DNA of 64,000 nucleotides, taken from the IMG/VR virus record IMGVR_UViG_3300042295_001370, positions 69,673 through 133,672 of that record; one strand, given 5' to 3'. This DNA is from a virus. Taxonomy: Duplodnaviria > Heunggongvirae > Uroviricota > Caudoviricetes. The notes under the pieces were generated by a model. The model worked only from the letters and a program-made list of their open reading frames with translations, had not been told where the DNA came from and made no database searches. Both the position numbers and the translations under genes were made by a program. Each line of letters opens with the position of its first letter. Positions within the stretch are counted from its first letter, which is position 1. Of this stretch, positions 46,469-54,939 are shown one piece after another.

Positions 46469-46650
46469 GTCCAAATCAAACTGAATCGCATAGCATCTTC
46501 TTTGTGCGAAAAATACACAACATTGGCTGCTGCAAAGAACCAAGCAGTGCAGTCCACGTTCCGCTCAAGCCAACCACGCATGCCAGCTTGATCACTGCCC
46601 CCCAGAGTTTCAACTCTGTGGGGCCAAAGTTCTGCACCCAGGTTCTGCAT
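46465..46650 (-). CDS. LTW-family small protein (paralog)
   Basis: Ends ...EDAMRFSLIWT. Confidence 0.45.
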   Translation of the reverse strand: MQNLGAELWPHRVETLGGSDQAGMRGWLERNVDCTAWFFAAANVVYFSHKEDAMRFSLIWT

Positions 46651-46655
46651 GCTTG

Positions 46656-47171
46656 TTACCCTGTGGTCCTTGCTAATTCTTCAAAATTATTCACTTGATA
46701 TTGAATAAGTTTGGGAATTACCATTGTGTTACGATTATACGTGAAAAAGATCCGTCCCATACCAGTTGTGGGATGCCGATTGATATTTTGTGTCCAAAAC
46801 TCTTTGGGTAAGTAAAAATACAAGATATTGTTTTCGCAAGGGTTATAAACTACACACCGTAATGCTCCCTGCTTGACAACACCAGCACTGGTTTGTACAC
46901 CTGAGATTTCACCTTTATGAGATGCTGTACCAGCTTTAACCGGTTCTGATCGAATACTTGCAGTTTTACAATCACTTCCATCACTGAAATCTTGATGATC
47001 CCCTCTGACCAAGTTGTAAGGACCCCATGCCGCCAGACATTCTTCAATCAGCATTTCCACCTTGAAAATCTCTGGCCGCAACATGCCGATCTCACGAAGT
47101 TGAGTGCTGTCAGCGAATTGCGGGTGATAATTTACAATTACCTCCTGCATTAACACAGTTTCTTTGTTCAT
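46656..47171 (-). CDS. hypothetical protein
   Basis: 171-aa ORF. Confidence 0.45.
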   Translation of the reverse strand: MNKETVLMQEVIVNYHPQFADSTQLREIGMLRPEIFKVEMLIEECLAAWGPYNLVRGDHQDFSDGSDCKTASIRSEPVKAGTASHKGEISGVQTSAGVVKQGALRCVVYNPCENNILYFYLPKEFWTQNINRHPTTGMGRIFFTYNRNTMVIPKLIQYQVNNFEELARTTG

Positions 47172-47464
47172 GCAGCTTGTTCCAGTGTTGTAGCTGCATA
47201 AGGATATGCTGTATTCACCAGATCAAAACGGATGTAATGCGTCCGTTCAAACATCATGTCGCAAGCCAGCTGCCTCATTGTACGCAGTTGCACTTTGATC
47301 ACCGGATCATATGGCCGGCCGCGAGTTTGGCTTTTGAGTTCACGAATAGCCTTCACCACAACCACATATTGTTGACGCCATTTATCCCTACGAGCAATAG
47401 CTCGAGAATTTTCCCGACGCTGAGACTCAGAAACGCGAGTGTTCATTTTTCCTACTCCATACAC
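47168..47464 (-). CDS. hypothetical basic protein
   Basis: 98-aa ORF. Confidence 0.4.
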   Translation of the reverse strand: MYGVGKMNTRVSESQRRENSRAIARRDKWRQQYVVVVKAIRELKSQTRGRPYDPVIKVQLRTMRQLACDMMFERTHYIRFDLVNTAYPYAATTLEQAA

Positions 47465-47507
47465 GAGTGTTTCAACAATCTGAAACTTAACACACCCTGT
47501 TGTTCAG

Positions 47508-47708
47508 TCAACTTTCCCAAACAAGGCCAAACCAAATTAAATCATCCTTATTTGTAAACCACCATTCATAACGACTTCTGTCGTGGCATCGCACAGTCCA
47601 CTTGATATCCCGGTCACCAAAATTATCAGCACACCAACAGATACGACTGTTGGCTTCTTGAATACTCATCCTGATTAGCCGTGTGTTGTAACAATGAGAA
47701 AGTGTCAT
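47508..47708 (-). CDS. LTW-family small protein (paralog)
   Basis: CWCADNFGD ... WFTNKDDLIWFGLVWES. Confidence 0.45.
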   Translation of the reverse strand: MTLSHCYNTRLIRMSIQEANSRICWCADNFGDRDIKWTVRCHDRSRYEWWFTNKDDLIWFGLVWES

Positions 47709-47752
47709 GCCAGTGTAATCACACTACCAAATAGCTGCTTACGATGTCAAGG

Positions 47753-47781
47753 AAAAAGCCCGGAATACACCGGGCTTTTTG
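47753..47781. terminator. rho-independent (bidirectional) terminator AAAAAGCCCGG-aatacac-CCGGGCTTTTT
   Basis: 6-bp GC stem, 7-nt loop, flanked by an A-run and a T-run. It lies just downstream of the minus gene 47807..48013. Confidence 0.7.
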
Positions 47782-47806
47782 CACTATCTTAGATGTGGGC
47801 TAGCAC

Positions 47807-48013
47807 TCAGCCAGCAAAGTTGCCCTTGCCTGTGCACATGAAGTAGTCATATGCTTCTGGAGCATTTTCCTTGTACTCTGCGCGGAAATAATTGGCTAGT
47901 TCAGTGTTGCTGGACCAACGCAGGTTCATGTTGCTGTTGTGGGTTGAAACGTCGCCAAAAATAGCGCGGATAAGTGTAGTAAACATTGCTTTCTCTCTTT
48001 CTCTATGTTGCAC
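47807..48013 (-). CDS. small hypothetical protein
   Basis: 68-aa ORF followed by an intrinsic terminator. Confidence 0.4.
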   Translation of the reverse strand: MQHREREKAMFTTLIRAIFGDVSTHNSNMNLRWSSNTELANYFRAEYKENAPEAYDYFMCTGKGNFAG

Positions 48014-48093
48014 TGCAATATTTACACTAGATTTATGCGATCAACAAGTTGCATAGCTACCAGACAGGCATGCTCAAAACACATACCTCAATC

Positions 48094-48390
48094 TCAATTT
48101 GTGGAGCGTTCAGTATTTTTGATGAGTTGAGACATGTCTATTCCATTAACAGACAGCAGACTATCAAACCTCAGACTGCGCCAATTTCCCTTATCTAGAT
48201 CCCAGAGGACCACTAGATTCAAGTTTTGCCCCTTTGACTTTCTATTGGTTGATACTTGCGTCGTGGATACTTGCGGCACAAGTTGTTCAGATAATGTGGC
48301 CTTCATTTTTCGGTGAGAGCCATCTCGTTTCTCAAACACTAGGTTGACTTCACCAGACAACAGTTTTTCAACAAATTGATCTCGTGTCAT
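48094..48390 (-). CDS. hypothetical protein
   Basis: 98-aa ORF. Confidence 0.4.
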   Translation of the reverse strand: MTRDQFVEKLLSGEVNLVFEKRDGSHRKMKATLSEQLVPQVSTTQVSTNRKSKGQNLNLVVLWDLDKGNWRSLRFDSLLSVNGIDMSQLIKNTERSTN

Positions 48391-48812
48391 TAAATTTCCT
48401 TCTCTACTTTTTTCAATACTTTTTGCATATCTGGATTGACTAAGTTTGCAGCTTCTTGCCAGGTGACTACTTTAAATTGATCCAATTCTTTGACATCACG
48501 ACCTTTGGAGTCTTTAAACGTGCTCTTGCAGACTAGGGAAGTGGGGTCTGGCATTTGTTCGACCTTCCAAAGATACAGCACTAGATCCTTTTTTGGCTTA
48601 TATAGGAACACGCCCAGAGGCGTAAGGGCTGAGGTGTCTTCCACTACCAAACCAGTTTCTTCATTTAGTTCCCTCAGTGCAGCTTCAAGAAAGCTTTCTC
48701 CAGGGTTCATGCCTCCTTTAGGTAGGTCCCACCATTTACCACGTGTTACATGCCCAACAACCAACTTGTTCCCGTCAGTTATCACCACACCACAACTTGT
48801 TGATTTACCCAT
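48390..48812 (-). CDS. Nudix hydrolase
   Basis: Nudix box GGMNPGESFLEAALRELNEETGL (Gx5Ex7REUxEExGU). Start set at MGKSTS, downstream of its promoter. Confidence 0.7.
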   Translation of the reverse strand: MGKSTSCGVVITDGNKLVVGHVTRGKWWDLPKGGMNPGESFLEAALRELNEETGLVVEDTSALTPLGVFLYKPKKDLVLYLWKVEQMPDPTSLVCKSTFKDSKGRDVKELDQFKVVTWQEAANLVNPDMQKVLKKVEKEI

Positions 48813-48835
48813 TGTAAGATTCTCCATATCCTTCC

Positions 48836-48864
48836 AGTGTAGGACAGACGACATCTTTGTCAAC
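48836..48864 (-). promoter_or_regulatory. sigma70-like promoter GTTGACA-N17-TACACT
   Basis: Reverse complement reads GTTGACAaagatgtcgtctgtccTACACTggaaggatatggagaatcttacaATG. Confidence 0.45.
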
Positions 48865-48905
48865 AAGTTATTTGTGATTTTCCACAACGTCAACTACTAT
48901 GGATT

Positions 48906-49634
48906 ATGATTCCCACGATCTATTGCCTAACTTTTCGCAATCTCAGCAAAGCAGAACGCATGCGACACCGGTTTGAGCAAGTGGGGCTAGACATCTCTCT
49001 TGTGGAGAGTGTTGCTGCATCGCACCCCACACTGGCACCAGATAACTGGCAAAAAGAAAGGATCAAAAAAGAAAACAAATGGAGCGAGCTGGCTTGGAGT
49101 TGCATGGCTGGTCACATGAAGATTCTCAAAAAGTTTATCTATTCAGGTGACGAAATTTGTATAGTAGTGGAGGATGATGTTATGATCCGCCGAGACTTTG
49201 CTGAAGAATTGCCTTGTGTGGTAGCCAATTTCCAGAAGCTTGATTTGGATATATTGATGCTGGGATACCTAAGGCCTGAAACCATCTCTAGAGTAGAGGC
49301 CACTATGCCAATTATCAGTCAGCCCTACACGTATCACAGCTTTGAATTCAATGTTTATGGTACTCAAATGTATATGATACGCCGACGTCATGCTCAATGG
49401 GCTGTAGACACATTTGAGGACCCAGTTCACCAATGGAAAACTTTGATTGATCCTCATTATAGCATTTCAAACAATGCTGACTGGACTATCACCAAAAGCG
49501 GCCGCAGGGCCCTTATCTACCCAATGTTAGCTGTAGAAGAGAAGGGTGGTGGCAAAGCTTATAGAGATGACACTCAAACTCAGTGGCATGATCTCTGTCA
49601 CAATGCCAACTACAACCCTGATGTTCACATCTGA
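48906..49634 (+). CDS. glycosyltransferase family 25 (LPS/LOS beta-1,4-galactosyltransferase-like)
   Basis: N-terminus MIPTIYCLTFRNLSKAERMRH... is typical of GT25 (Lic2A/LgtB). It has a DD acidic pair (VVEDDVMI) and is about 240 aa. It is the only plus-strand gene in this block. Confidence 0.65.
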   Translation: MIPTIYCLTFRNLSKAERMRHRFEQVGLDISLVESVAASHPTLAPDNWQKERIKKENKWSELAWSCMAGHMKILKKFIYSGDEICIVVEDDVMIRRDFAEELPCVVANFQKLDLDILMLGYLRPETISRVEATMPIISQPYTYHSFEFNVYGTQMYMIRRRHAQWAVDTFEDPVHQWKTLIDPHYSISNNADWTITKSGRRALIYPMLAVEEKGGGKAYRDDTQTQWHDLCHNANYNPDVHI

Positions 49635-49906
49635 AACAGCGGCTCCACCAAGAGACTGTCACATTTGATACCGCTTATAACGCTCGTGGAGAGATACTCA
49701 GCACAGGCGTTGGCTTCCTCTTTTGTGAGGAATCTCATGGCTTCCACCTGGTGATTACTCCAAAAACCCTGTGCTGTATCAGCAGGATACAAACCTGATG
49801 GATGCTGCAAGATCCAATAGCCCATAGTATTCCGCTGATACAGCACTTTTCGTTCAGAACTCATCGTGAACCATTTCATCAGCTTCCAGTTGAGAAGCCT
49901 CAGCAT
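49625..49906 (-). CDS. hypothetical protein
   Basis: 93-aa ORF. Confidence 0.3.
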   Translation of the reverse strand: MLRLLNWKLMKWFTMSSERKVLYQRNTMGYWILQHPSGLYPADTAQGFWSNHQVEAMRFLTKEEANACAEYLSTSVISGIKCDSLLVEPLFQM

Positions 49907-50229
49907 CTGCGTCAGGCTCAGTTGAGCTTTTCAATGTAATGCGGCTGCCCTGGCTGGTAACAGCAAAGTAGCACCGAGTGGCAGGGTCCCAGTCTAGATA
50001 CAAAACTCGCATGTGCAGTTTTCCTATTCTTTCATCAAAGCTTGATGAACAGCTTCGCTCTTGGCTAGTTCTTGGAGTGCCACCCATTGGTCCTGAGAGA
50101 TCAGTTCCAACCCCACAGCTCGCATTGCTGCATGACGGAAACTCACATCAAAATGCTTGCTCAGCTCACTCAGCACCATTGTGATATGGTTGAGGGTGTT
50201 TTCATCGCAGCCCGCTTGCAGAGAGTGGC

Positions 50230-50610
50230 TCATGCAGCCACCACTTTACGGGGTCGACCACGCTTGCGAGGCGCCACACTGTCTTGGGACAGTGTTGGCT
50301 TGGCAGCCTTGGGCTCCTTCTTGCTCATAACCCGGGTCATGCGAGCACGACGCGTGCGTCGAGGAATACTCTCGCGAGGCACCAGCATATCAGGCATTTC
50401 AAGCTTGCCCATCATCACAGCCGCAGCAGACTTCACCACCAGTTGGTCCTCTACAGGAAACTCGCGCAGTTGCGGCGCAAAAATTCTGTCCAGCTCAGTA
50501 AGTGCTTGTCCTACTCGTGCCCACTTGTTGAAGGTCACATCGCACTTAAAATTACTAGCACTCTGCATCATAAACTGACCCAGCTTAACTAGTGCTCGCT
50601 TGTTGCTCAT
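50230..50610 (-). CDS. hypothetical protein with C-terminal AT-hook (KRGRPRK)
   Basis: 127-aa ORF. An AT-hook-like GRP motif sits at the C-terminus. Preceded by a TTGACA-N16-TATACT promoter. Confidence 0.45.
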   Translation of the reverse strand: MSNKRALVKLGQFMMQSASNFKCDVTFNKWARVGQALTELDRIFAPQLREFPVEDQLVVKSAAAVMMGKLEMPDMLVPRESIPRRTRRARMTRVMSKKEPKAAKPTLSQDSVAPRKRGRPRKVVAA

Positions 50611-50637
50611 CAACTTGTCCTCTTTCCTTGTGTGGTG

Positions 50638-50665
50638 AGTATAGCAGATTTAGGCAGGGTGTCAA
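50638..50665 (-). promoter_or_regulatory. sigma70-like promoter GTTGACA-N16-TATACT
   Basis: Reverse complement reads gggTTGACAccctgcctaaatctgcTATACTcacc...aggaaagaggacaagttgATG. Confidence 0.5.
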
Positions 50666-50787
50666 CCCTTGTTTGACAGCAAACAAGGCTTTATGCACGA
50701 TGGAAACAGCTGATCACTATCACGTCTTTGAATGGCAACAGGGAGCAAAAGCGTGCCATGCTCTGACACTTTGCCGGCTTGCATCCC

Positions 50788-51018
50788 TCAACACCATGTG
50801 AGCTTGAACAAGAGCATGTCTTCTTCCCTCTCAAACCAAATGTTACCAGCTCGTGTCCAATAATACCGTTCCCCAGGTGCTGCGTCAAGCCAACTAAACA
50901 TCTTGTCTCCGTTAACGGCGGAGAAATTCACTTGGCAGAGATGCCATTGGTCCAGCATGCTGTAGTCACGTCTCTGGTTGTGACCTTTGGCGAGATAGTC
51001 GTTGTCGATATCGTGCAC
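50788..51018 (-). CDS. LTW-family small protein ('EREEDM' subfamily)
   Basis: ...YYWTRAGNIWFEREEDMLLFKLTWC. Confidence 0.45.
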   Translation of the reverse strand: MHDIDNDYLAKGHNQRRDYSMLDQWHLCQVNFSAVNGDKMFSWLDAAPGERYYWTRAGNIWFEREEDMLLFKLTWC

Positions 51019-51021
51019 GGG

Positions 51022-51243
51022 CTATGACCACGTGAGCGTGAACAAGATCATGTCTTCTTCTCTCTCAAACCATACTCGAGTTCCGCCCTCCCAAAAGCGG
51101 CCACCATCTGTTGTTTTGAGCCACTGGAGGATGGTATGTCGATCAGGCCCAACAAATTGGCGAATAGAACAGCTATGCCATTCCTGGATTTTAGTGTGGT
51201 TAGTGTGGTAGTCGCTGGGGTATTGTTGATCAATATCGATCAT
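51022..51243 (-). CDS. LTW-family small protein ('EREEDM' subfamily)
   Basis: ...RFWEGGTRVWFEREEDMILFTLTWS. Confidence 0.45.
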   Translation of the reverse strand: MIDIDQQYPSDYHTNHTKIQEWHSCSIRQFVGPDRHTILQWLKTTDGGRFWEGGTRVWFEREEDMILFTLTWS

Positions 51244-51259
51244 TTATTCTTCCTACCAA

Positions 51260-51469
51260 TCAACACCATGTGAGCTGGAACAGGATCATGTCTTCTTCTC
51301 GTTCAAAATAAATGGAGATGACACCAACCCAATAGCGTCCGCCATCTGTAGTGTTGAGCCAGTTGTAAACGGATTTTTGATCAGGCAACGGACTGCTCAG
51401 TCGACAACTGTGCCAGCCTTTGAGGATATCAAACCCAAGGTTGATTAGTTCTCTTTCAACGTCTGTCAT
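51260..51469 (-). CDS. LTW-family small protein ('EREEDM' subfamily)
   Basis: ...RYWVGVISIYFEREEDMILFQLTWC. Confidence 0.45.
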   Translation of the reverse strand: MTDVERELINLGFDILKGWHSCRLSSPLPDQKSVYNWLNTTDGGRYWVGVISIYFEREEDMILFQLTWC

Positions 51470-51475
51470 GTTGCC

Positions 51476-51733
51476 CTAGCACCAAGTGAGAGAGAACAGC
51501 ACCATGTCATCTTCATGCCGGAACCAAATCCACATCTCCTGCTCTCCAGCAGTGCTTGTTTCAATCTGACATGCCCACAATGCGTCTTTGTGGAGTCTAC
51601 TTGGTGAGCCCCAACGCTGTTTAGTCCAGCTGCAAATTTCCGTGTAGTGCGAAAAATTACTCACGTTGACGACTCGCACAAAGTAGGGAAATTGCCGGCG
51701 GTTCACCGCAGTATCTGGAGTGAGCTTCCTCAC
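51476..51733 (-). CDS. LTW-family small protein ('EREEDM' subfamily)
   Basis: ...MWIWFRHEDDMVLFSLTWC. Confidence 0.45.
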   Translation of the reverse strand: MRKLTPDTAVNRRQFPYFVRVVNVSNFSHYTEICSWTKQRWGSPSRLHKDALWACQIETSTAGEQEMWIWFRHEDDMVLFSLTWC

Positions 51734-51736
51734 CGG

Positions 51737-52270
51737 TTATCCCCGAAGGACGTTCGCCAAACGCTGCCAAAATCCAGGCTTTTTGGGGATGGTTTCACCA
51801 GCTACATCTGGACCTGTAGGCCTCGTGTTGTTCTTGTTCTTGCTGTTCATCTCCGCTAAATAATCGTCCACTCGACCATTCCACCATGCCAAACCACTTG
51901 CACTACCGTGCACCTTCACGCGCATGTCCAAGCCGCTGTTCAAGGTTTTGTCTCGGCATCGCAGGTGCAAGATCTCAATCTTCAAGCCACCACTCTGGGC
52001 GTCCTTCCAGATGGTTTCCATGAAGCTGTGCTGCCAACGAGCAGAGATCTTGAGACTGACTTCCATGCTGTGGCTGTAGTTGGGTTCCCGATACACCACA
52101 CGTTCACGCACCACCTCCCGCACCTGTGGCTGCGAGGCAGCACCCAACAGCTTGTCCAAGCTGCTGGCCCCAACCATGCGACGTGCTGCACGGAAAGCCG
52201 AGTCCCACTCGCCCTCCATGGTGCTGGGATGCAGCGCTCGTTCCAGTATCTTGCGAAACTTGTCATCCAT
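51737..52270 (-). CDS. hypothetical protein
   Basis: 177-aa ORF. Confidence 0.45.
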   Translation of the reverse strand: MDDKFRKILERALHPSTMEGEWDSAFRAARRMVGASSLDKLLGAASQPQVREVVRERVVYREPNYSHSMEVSLKISARWQHSFMETIWKDAQSGGLKIEILHLRCRDKTLNSGLDMRVKVHGSASGLAWWNGRVDDYLAEMNSKNKNNTRPTGPDVAGETIPKKPGFWQRLANVLRG

Positions 52271-52273
52271 GGC

Positions 52274-52483
52274 TCAACTCAACATGACTAGAGTGAATAG
52301 ACAAAACAGGCCCGCTGCCAACGGCAACCACTCAACCACTGCCCAAAAGGCCAAGAAGCTGAAAAACCCACATAGCAGAGCCAAGCTTGCTGACGCTTTG
52401 AACCCCTGCCTCATGGTCCACAGAAGGTAGCCTGTGTACCAAAAGCCAGCTGCAATCACCAGCATGGCAACGTCAAGGATCAT
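52274..52483 (-). CDS. small membrane protein (2 TM helices)
   Basis: Hydrophobic 69-aa ORF. Confidence 0.4.
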   Translation of the reverse strand: MILDVAMLVIAAGFWYTGYLLWTMRQGFKASASLALLCGFFSFLAFWAVVEWLPLAAGLFCLFTLVMLS

Positions 52484-52824
52484 GGCACGTCGTAAGTGAT
52501 GCTGAACTGACCGGTGAGGCTCGTCAGCATCACGTTGGCACGATTGACTCCAAAATCAATCTCCAGTTGGCGATACAGTCGGCTCGCTGCCACACATGTG
52601 CTGGTGATGATGGCTGTGATGAACTCCTCATCAAGTAGTGCAGCATCACTTACATTGATCTGCATGCTAGCGGAGATTTCGGCGGCTAGATCGCCTGGGA
52701 AATGGTGCTGGCTCACCAGCTGGTGATACACTCGTTTCATCACCTGGTAATTAGCTACTGTGCTGAAGTCCACAGTGCGCAAAAGTTCGGTTTGCTCCAT
52801 CATACGCTTACGGAGGTAACTCAT
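52480..52824 (-). CDS. hypothetical protein
   Basis: 114-aa ORF with a consensus promoter and an AAGGAG ribosome-binding site upstream. Confidence 0.45.
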   Translation of the reverse strand: MSYLRKRMMEQTELLRTVDFSTVANYQVMKRVYHQLVSQHHFPGDLAAEISASMQINVSDAALLDEEFITAIITSTCVAASRLYRQLEIDFGVNRANVMLTSLTGQFSITYDVP

Positions 52825-52848
52825 GTGTGGCTCCTTTTTTGTGTAGGG

Positions 52849-52876
52849 AATATAGCACGGTTGACGATCTTGTCAA
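52849..52876 (-). promoter_or_regulatory. sigma70-like promoter TTGACA-N16-TATATT
   Basis: Reverse complement reads ggTTGACAagatcgtcaaccgtgcTATATTccctacacaaaaaaggagccacacATG. Confidence 0.5.
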
Positions 52877-52884
52877 CCTAGACC

Positions 52885-53772
52885 TTATCGATATCTATCC
52901 AGCACAGTTTGCAGCTCATTTACCAGTTGATCAACACCAGTTTCTCGCTTGACACCGGTGGTGAGAGGGCCATAGTGCATTGACAAACAGTCAAGAAGTA
53001 GATGTTTGATCCTCTTCTCATCTGGCTTATCTCGCAACGTGCTGTTGGCATGTAGTGTCTCTAGAGATTTTTCCTTGACATCAAACCAACTGTCCAGCTG
53101 CTCTAGTGTCCACTCACCTCGCCGAATGCTCTTGAGCACCTCGCTGTTGCGCTCAATGTCAAGGTCATGCTCTACCAGGATCTGCTCGCATTGCAGCATG
53201 AGCCTCACTACATGCACTCCAAACTTCAGATCCCATCCGTGTTCAGCAATAGTGGCAGCTCTTTTGGGATTGCTGCTGTTGGTTTTGTTGCGAATTTTTG
53301 AAATTTGTGAAAATGCGTATCCCCGAAGTTTTCCCATAGCTCCTTTGTGGAGGAACTCTTTCCTATGCTCTCTCACATGCTCTGCGATTTTGGTGCTGTG
53401 GAGAATGCAGCGGCGGGGAAGAAAGAGAACGTCCAAAACATTTGGATTATTTTCCATCGCCAGTTGCATAAAATCAACGATATTATAAATAGAAAAGTCC
53501 AACTCTTTCCGTTGATCCGGCAGCTGAATGTGATGCTCGCTCCACACTCGAAACCGCTGTTCCTGTGTGCCAAAGCCATACACCCTGCCGCCGTCGGTGA
53601 AGGGGAACACAATCTCACGGGGCGGGATGCAGAAGCCAAAGCAGTCCATGTCACTCGTGTCGTTGCTGACACCATAGGCAGCACTACCAGCATAGCCCAG
53701 AAATTGAGTGTTGTCGGGCAACCACTTGGGCGGGTGTATGAGTTTTCGGTCAACTAATGTGTGCAGCAGCAT
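52885..53772 (-). CDS. Pol-beta superfamily nucleotidyltransferase (RlaP-like)
   Basis: N-terminal hG[GS]...[DE]h[DE]h nucleotidyltransferase signature (LGYAGSAAYGVSNDTSDMDCFGF). About 290 aa with an alpha-helical C-terminal half, like the RNA-ligase-associated Polbeta nucleotidyltransferases (RlaP) predicted in RNA-repair operons (Burroughs & Aravind). Confidence 0.55.
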   Translation of the reverse strand: MLLHTLVDRKLIHPPKWLPDNTQFLGYAGSAAYGVSNDTSDMDCFGFCIPPREIVFPFTDGGRVYGFGTQEQRFRVWSEHHIQLPDQRKELDFSIYNIVDFMQLAMENNPNVLDVLFLPRRCILHSTKIAEHVREHRKEFLHKGAMGKLRGYAFSQISKIRNKTNSSNPKRAATIAEHGWDLKFGVHVVRLMLQCEQILVEHDLDIERNSEVLKSIRRGEWTLEQLDSWFDVKEKSLETLHANSTLRDKPDEKRIKHLLLDCLSMHYGPLTTGVKRETGVDQLVNELQTVLDRYR

Positions 53773-53784
53773 CCCAGTCTCCTG

Positions 53785-53970
53785 TCAAACAGTTTGCATG
53801 GTTTTGATGGCAGCTTCCAACTGAATCAACAGAGTTTGATGATCCTCATGGCAAGGGCATCGTCCTAGTGTCCTGTGAAGGCATACACATTCTCCATGCC
53901 AATCCTCTGAATCAATTCTCGCTCGTGCTGCCTCGAGTGCAGCTAAAACTTGTTGCTTATGGTCAAACAT
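53785..53970 (-). CDS. small Cys/His-containing hypothetical protein
   Basis: 61 aa with HGECVCLHRTLGRCPCHEDH. Its 5' UTR contains a (GTTACT)x3 / GTTACTGT-tact-ACAGTAAC hairpin at 53984-54009. Confidence 0.35.
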   Translation of the reverse strand: MFDHKQQVLAALEAARARIDSEDWHGECVCLHRTLGRCPCHEDHQTLLIQLEAAIKTMQTV

Positions 53971-54030
53971 GTGAAATGTTCCTGTTACTGTTACTGTTAC
54001 TACAGTAACAAAGTTTACACTAGAGTCAAC

Positions 54031-54630
54031 CTAAAATTTGATGTTTGGGTCTCGGGCTCGAAGGATGCTTTTGATTTTCTGAGCTGTTGATTTGGCCCAC
54101 ATTCCGCGCCTTACCTGTAAATCAATCACTCTCGGATCAGCTAAAAGTAGCTCGCGCGGAGCGTATGCATGAATGTCTATTATTTTGAAACATTTGGGGT
54201 TGAGTGCAATATAGCTTTTGCTGCGTGGACTTTCAATTCGGTTGTAGTACCAAAGATAGTCAATGCCTAGGCTTTTGAACATATCAGGAAGCTTTTCTGC
54301 CAGCTCATGATAAGGAGCATCTTTTGATATGTTGGTTTGTATTTCCGTTGGCATGCGATCCCAGTTGTAGGCAATGTGATCCCAGGGATCACCATAATCA
54401 GGATCGTCCTTGATTCTAATGCCTCGCTCACAGGCATCTATGTTGACTTGATACATGTAGGTTTTTGGGCCCAGATCGGCCATGAGCATGTCGGTATAAA
54501 AATCTTTTTGCAACGCACGTTCAACAGCAGCAGCCCAGGTTCCAAGATGTGTTAAAAACCTAAACTCTTGAATATCAGGAACATGGCTGCTGTGCCAAAC
54601 TATGCGTTGTGTGATCTCATTTATCTTCAT
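54031..54630 (-). CDS. hypothetical protein
   Basis: 199-aa ORF. Confidence 0.45.
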   Translation of the reverse strand: MKINEITQRIVWHSSHVPDIQEFRFLTHLGTWAAAVERALQKDFYTDMLMADLGPKTYMYQVNIDACERGIRIKDDPDYGDPWDHIAYNWDRMPTEIQTNISKDAPYHELAEKLPDMFKSLGIDYLWYYNRIESPRSKSYIALNPKCFKIIDIHAYAPRELLLADPRVIDLQVRRGMWAKSTAQKIKSILRARDPNIKF

Positions 54631-54642
54631 GAGATATTTAAG

Positions 54643-54939
54643 CTATTCCTCAGTCAATGCTCGATAGGTTTTGGCACTCCTGCTACCTTTGAGCACAACG
54701 CTGTTTTTGTTGATTTTGAACTTGCTTTTTGTGACGTCTACAATCACCATCCAGATTACGGCCGGCCATACGAACAAGCATACCATCATTGCCCCAACGA
54801 GATCAAAGAGATCGCATAGCAGTACATCATCGCCTTGCCGCCATTTTTCCCAAATTGAAACAGCTCCACCTATCACTCCAACTAAGAAACCTGTTCCAAA
54901 ATACATTACTATCCAAAAAATAACTGCGTCCATGTTCAA
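54643..54939 (-). CDS. small membrane protein, paralog A (C-terminal GSRSAKTYRAL)
   Basis: Two to three hydrophobic helices, then ...VVLKGSRSAKTYRALTEE. Confidence 0.45.
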   Translation of the reverse strand: MNMDAVIFWIVMYFGTGFLVGVIGGAVSIWEKWRQGDDVLLCDLFDLVGAMMVCLFVWPAVIWMVIVDVTKSKFKINKNSVVLKGSRSAKTYRALTEE

